Of a stretch of DNA of 64,000 nucleotides, positions 60,026-64,000 are shown in pieces. The position numbers and the translations under genes were made by a program. The notes beneath the pieces were generated by a model. The model worked only from the letters and a program-made list of their open reading frames with translations. It was not told the DNA's origin and searched no databases. This DNA is from Minisyncoccota bacterium (GTDB taxonomy: Bacteria > Patescibacteriota > Minisyncoccia > Phycocordibacterales > UBA918), in the NCBI GenBank assembly GCA_041389025.1, contig JAWKSP010000001.1, positions 256,002 to 320,001 on the forward strand, read 5' to 3'. Position 1 is the stretch's first letter. Every line of letters begins with the position of its first letter.

Positions 60026-61384
60026 ATGTTTACATTCAGAACTACGCCACCACCTCATTACCTCACGCCTACGGCGGAGGAGATGAAGGAAGTGGCGAAA
60101 AAAGTTGGTCTTGGTAAGTATTCGAGAGACCTAGCGGCTGATTTGGCTCACCTGGCAGCAGGTGGGTCGATTCAGTCTCCTTCAACTTTTGTTGACATCG
60201 TTCGACGTGGTGTGGAAGAAAAATTTCCAGCTCCTGATAGTGATGGAGGCTGGAAAATATCTGGCAGCAAGTATACAAAAGATCGTATGCTTGCTTTAGG
60301 AGATAAGACCCAGTCTGCTCTTCGTTATCATCAAAACGTCTGTGATTTTTTGCAGACAGTGGAGATGAGAGACGTGCCGGGAAATTCTCCCCTAGAGCAG
60401 GCTATGAATTTGCTCAAACTTCTGTCCAAGAAGAAAGGTGGAGAAGGTGGTGGTGATAATGGTGAGCAGTTGCCAATTTTTACCGACACCGACAACGCCG
60501 AACATTCGGCAAAGGAGCTCAACAAGCTTCTCGATACAGTTGAATCATTAACTGATGACGAGAAGGAGCTTCTAGACCCAAGCGAGGACGCTGGCGAGGG
60601 GGTGGCAAAAGAAGAAGGAGATGACGGTCTCCAAAAAATGAAGTTATCTGAGCAGATGCTCAGTGGAAAGGAGGAGATGTTAAAAATCTCCCGCAACCTC
60701 GACAAGTTGACTCGCATGCAAGTGCGTCGTCAGCGTAAAGTTGAGGCGGATCCGTCGGGAGATGATGTTCGCAAACGCCCAATTGCTCACATGGGTGAAT
60801 TGAGTAAGCTCGGTTCAGCTGAATGGGCGCTTCGGCAAGCCACACCTTCGTACTTTTTGTACAGAGCAGCGACGGAGCAGCTTGCAGTACGCGAGCGGGT
60901 GGTGACTATAGAGCGTAAGCAGTTGCTCTATATCATCATAGATTGTTCTGGCTCTATGGGTTCGGGAAACCGGATCTATAAGGCAGGTGGTATCCTCATG
61001 AACCGCCTAAAAGCGGTGATTGAGGGAGAGGCGGAGCTTTACGTTCGCCTTTTCGACACTGAGCTTAAGGAGGAGTATCACGCGAGTACTCCTGCCGAAG
61101 CTAAGGAATTGATTCGTCATTTCACTAATAAAAATTATTCTGGTGGATCAACAGACATTTCAGGTTGCTCTCGCGCAGCCCAAAAACGTATTGAAGAGAT
61201 TGTGAGTGAGGGGGCGACCTACCGTCCTGAGCTTGTTGTTGTTACCGATGGCGATGACAAGATTGATTTAACCACAAAGGATTTTATGGGTACGAAAGTC
61301 CATGCCTTTGTGGTTGAAACTTCAAACGACTCACTCTGTAATGTAGCGCAAGCGACTGGAGGAGTGGGGATTAATAAAATGTAG
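60026..61384 (+). CDS. vWA-domain protein (ViaA/CoxE-like partner of the AAA+)
   Basis: MIDAS DCSGSM, GGSTDI, VVVTDG. Confidence 0.88.
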   Translation: MFTFRTTPPPHYLTPTAEEMKEVAKKVGLGKYSRDLAADLAHLAAGGSIQSPSTFVDIVRRGVEEKFPAPDSDGGWKISGSKYTKDRMLALGDKTQSALRYHQNVCDFLQTVEMRDVPGNSPLEQAMNLLKLLSKKKGGEGGGDNGEQLPIFTDTDNAEHSAKELNKLLDTVESLTDDEKELLDPSEDAGEGVAKEEGDDGLQKMKLSEQMLSGKEEMLKISRNLDKLTRMQVRRQRKVEADPSGDDVRKRPIAHMGELSKLGSAEWALRQATPSYFLYRAATEQLAVRERVVTIERKQLLYIIIDCSGSMGSGNRIYKAGGILMNRLKAVIEGEAELYVRLFDTELKEEYHASTPAEAKELIRHFTNKNYSGGSTDISGCSRAAQKRIEEIVSEGATYRPELVVVTDGDDKIDLTTKDFMGTKVHAFVVETSNDSLCNVAQATGGVGINKM

Positions 61385-62330
61385 GTTAGTGGTGGTTAGC
61401 TCGAGTCATTGGTTTTGGCTCGAGCACCTTCTCGAGTTTTTAATTGTTAGTAATAATAATTGAAGGCTCGTTGGGTGTTTAACTAAGAATAGGAGGAATC
61501 TACCGATGGACACCATAGGTCGGAGCTGTAACCGACAGAAAACAAGACAGTCAGAGGCTATGTTCTGACTAGATGGCGACTCCTGATACGGCATAGAACG
61601 TTGAAAGGCAGGAGGCCTCCTCGGACTAGAGGGGTTTTCGGAAACCAGACCGAAAAGGGAGTTCTTAAAGTGGACGACTACTCCCAAAAGAAAAAGTCAA
61701 GTGCTAAGCGTAAGGTGGAAGTTGCGTGTGTCACTCTACTGAAAATTCACGGGATAGAATAAAAATTTTCCCAGTTCCGATTTCTCTATGATTATGCACA
61801 GATCTAGAGTTATTAATAAAAAACTTTGTTTTTCTTTGCGAGAGAGAAATCTCTAGGCTAGTCGGCGCAGTGACTACTTAACGCACAAAGATAGGTTATC
61901 AAACACCGAGACAAGTTTTGTTGTAAAAGAAGCGAGGTTGCGCGGCTTACTTTTATTCACTTTCTAGTGAGGTACTTATTCTTTTGAATAAGATCAAACG
62001 CTTAAATGAACAAAGATAGTGCAGGTTGGGGAAACACTTGGTTATGTTTCTCTATAGTCAATTTAATTGGACTTGAGGGAGCAGATATGGTTTTTGTTCC
62101 CTCACTTTATTCAAGATATGAGGTTTACACTTCGTCTCTTGATAGAGTTAAACAGTTAAATCATTTCTAATCTCCTAACAAATTATTTTTTTAATTAAAC
62201 CATTAAAGTAGTTTGTTAGGAGATTAGTAAATTTCTAAAAACGGTTTGGTATCCGTTTTTTTATTTTGACTTGCAAAGAATTTACCGTCTTTGCACCCTA
62301 ACTCCGGGGTTCGGAGTAGAGGAAGTAAAA

Positions 62331-62963
62331 ATGGCTACACGTACATTAGAATTTGATGAAGTTGTTTCAGATTTGGTTGCATCTGATGCGACCAAAAAAA
62401 ATCAGAAGAAAATTTGTCACACTTGGGACGGTTGGGTGAGTAAAGGTGTGTTGCATGTCACAAGTCGTTCTGGTGCTAGGCGTCGTGAGATCTGGCACTT
62501 TGATGTGGAAAAAAATGCCGGACGACTCTTGTTTTTTAAGAATACGACCGGTACAGCTGATTGTTGGACAAAAGGGTGTGGTGACAATGCTCTGGAAAAA
62601 TTTATATTGGACATTAGTCCACATGTAAAAATACAACGTGTGTCTAATATAGACCATGTTGTACACTCTAGGGGAAGTTGTTGCAATCACAGCCTAAACA
62701 GATTCGGTGTGTGGTGCTATTACCTCACTGACGGATCTGAAGCCTTGATACACAAGGCAAACACTGTCAAAAGCCACTTCAACCAATATCACATTGGTTG
62801 TCCGACTGAGCCAGACCAAATAAGGGTTACGGGTGGCACTTACGCTGTTCAGTGGACAAATAAAAATACTCTAACGAGTATTGTTTATACTCCTGATGCA
62901 GATATGGCCTCTGTAATTGAGGCTATTAGAAGTAAACTAAGGAGTTGGGGGTATTACTCCTAG
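62331..62963 (+). CDS. Hypothetical Cys/His-rich protein
   Basis: GAGG SD before ATG 62331. Confidence 0.7.
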   Translation: MATRTLEFDEVVSDLVASDATKKNQKKICHTWDGWVSKGVLHVTSRSGARRREIWHFDVEKNAGRLLFFKNTTGTADCWTKGCGDNALEKFILDISPHVKIQRVSNIDHVVHSRGSCCNHSLNRFGVWCYYLTDGSEALIHKANTVKSHFNQYHIGCPTEPDQIRVTGGTYAVQWTNKNTLTSIVYTPDADMASVIEAIRSKLRSWGYYS

Positions 62964-63103
62964 AATATCTTCCACAAGCGGTTGGTTACGCTTGTGGGCT
63001 TTATTATCTAGCGGTGAGAATTATTTACGGCTGGATATAGAGTCTTGGATTATTTTTTAACTTTTTAACCCTTATTTTTGAGGGTAAATTTTTGGAGGCT
63101 GTT

Positions 63104-63583
63104 ATGACTAAAAAATATTCAGTAGTACCAGATTCAAAAGCAGAGGCTTTGGCCTTTGTGATTACCTGGGGTTTGAAGGAAGGGTATGGCAACGAGTCTG
63201 TTGTCCATACTCAAGAGGAAGCCACGTTTTATGTGGCTAAATTCCTCAAAAAATTTGCTGCCAAGATTGTACCTGGTAGCAAAAACTTCATCCCCTCCGG
63301 CACTCTCGTACCAGGTACTACAGTGTATGCCTGGAACGAGGGTGAGGGACGGTCGGGTGGTGGCCATGAACCCAGTGTTGTTTTTATGGGTGAGGTCACT
63401 GGCCCGTATAACACTTGGGGGCTTGACGATCACTCGATCACAGAAGCTGAGCTCGTTGAAATTTTGAACGAGTTCGCTTCTGAGGTCGGGTCGGCTCTCG
63501 GACAGACTCGGGTGTATGTTCGGCTAGGGGAAGTTAGCTGGATTCTCCAGCAGGAGAAGACAGCTACACCTACTGGTGATTAA
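63104..63583 (+). CDS. Hypothetical protein
   Basis: GGAGG SD before ATG 63104. Confidence 0.7.
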   Translation: MTKKYSVVPDSKAEALAFVITWGLKEGYGNESVVHTQEEATFYVAKFLKKFAAKIVPGSKNFIPSGTLVPGTTVYAWNEGEGRSGGGHEPSVVFMGEVTGPYNTWGLDDHSITEAELVEILNEFASEVGSALGQTRVYVRLGEVSWILQQEKTATPTGD

Positions 63584-63863
63584 TATTTTGAAATTCGCAC
63601 CTAGGTCAAGCGAATCAAAATAAATCTAGATAAGTAACCTAGAAGTTTAGGTTACTTAGGTTGGTTGGTGTCAGAACGAAGTTGGTTTTTCGTTCTGGCT
63701 CCATTTGAGAGTTTGATTTCAAATCTAAATTATAAAGAAAAATGAAATTGAAAATTCAAATGGGGAGCTTAATAAAGTGAACCAAAATTGAAAAAACAGC
63801 GTACCCGCGCTAATCAAAAATTTTCCTGCACTAACGGGTAGTAGTGTGGGGTTGGAGAAAGGG

Positions 63864-64000
63864 ATGAATGTTTCTCAAGAATTATTAGTGGAACAATGGT
63901 TTGAAATTTTTTTAGATTTTTACAAAGAGTTTCAAGTTCCACCAAGCCTGCATCCGCAGGCGGCGTTAATATACCTGGAAAAGGAAAGCGAGGAGTTTTT
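63864..64000 (+). CDS. Hypothetical protein, 5' part only
   Basis: GGAG SD; MNVSQELLVEQWFEIFLDFYKEF... open to the window end. Confidence 0.5.
   Translation, partial: MNVSQELLVEQWFEIFLDFYKEFQVPPSLHPQAALIYLEKESEEF

Noticed and set aside
61517-61535. tRNA-Tyr-like CTGTAAC loop
   Set aside because: No D arm, T arm or acceptor stem around it
61490-61952. RNase P RNA (GAGGAA...GGACACCATAGG and CGGCTTA look-alikes)
   Set aside because: The GAGGAAAGTCC and ACAGAA-CCGGCTTA P4 pairing cannot be formed
58306-63467. Overlapping alternative-frame and antisense ORFs in the island
   Set aside because: They lack SD sequences and motifs and overlap well-supported genes

Overview
AT-rich bacterial chromosome segment (code 11) whose gene content and style point to Patescibacteria/CPR, probably Parcubacteria (inference). 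The indicators are multiple TrmB regulators, a type IV pilus cluster next to tpiA-pgk, mostly SD-less core genes, no biosynthetic operons and A73 tRNA-Gly. Core genes include xth, cca (frameshifted), corA, an ECF sigma/anti-sigma pair, mscS, hup, rny, clpP, tig, ppa, nusA, pilB/pilC/pilins, tpiA and pgk. There are also four tRNAs, a parS cluster, an intact IS481-family element plus a remnant, a RelE-type TA pair, and an accessory island with an AAA+/vWA pair. The main non-obvious signals are: (1) four paralogous modules of promoter, leaderless hydrophobic peptide, antiterminator/terminator switch and target gene at 18.5-22.1 kb, which look like a ribosome-controlled attenuator family; (2) a structured 3' trailer on every tRNA that contains an antisense copy and a duplicate of that tRNA's own 3' end; (3) a small RNA unit with a perfect 14-nt SD before a start-stop ORF; (4) a four-copy covarying hairpin repeat. 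The 2.2-5.0 kb region probably carries assembly indels.
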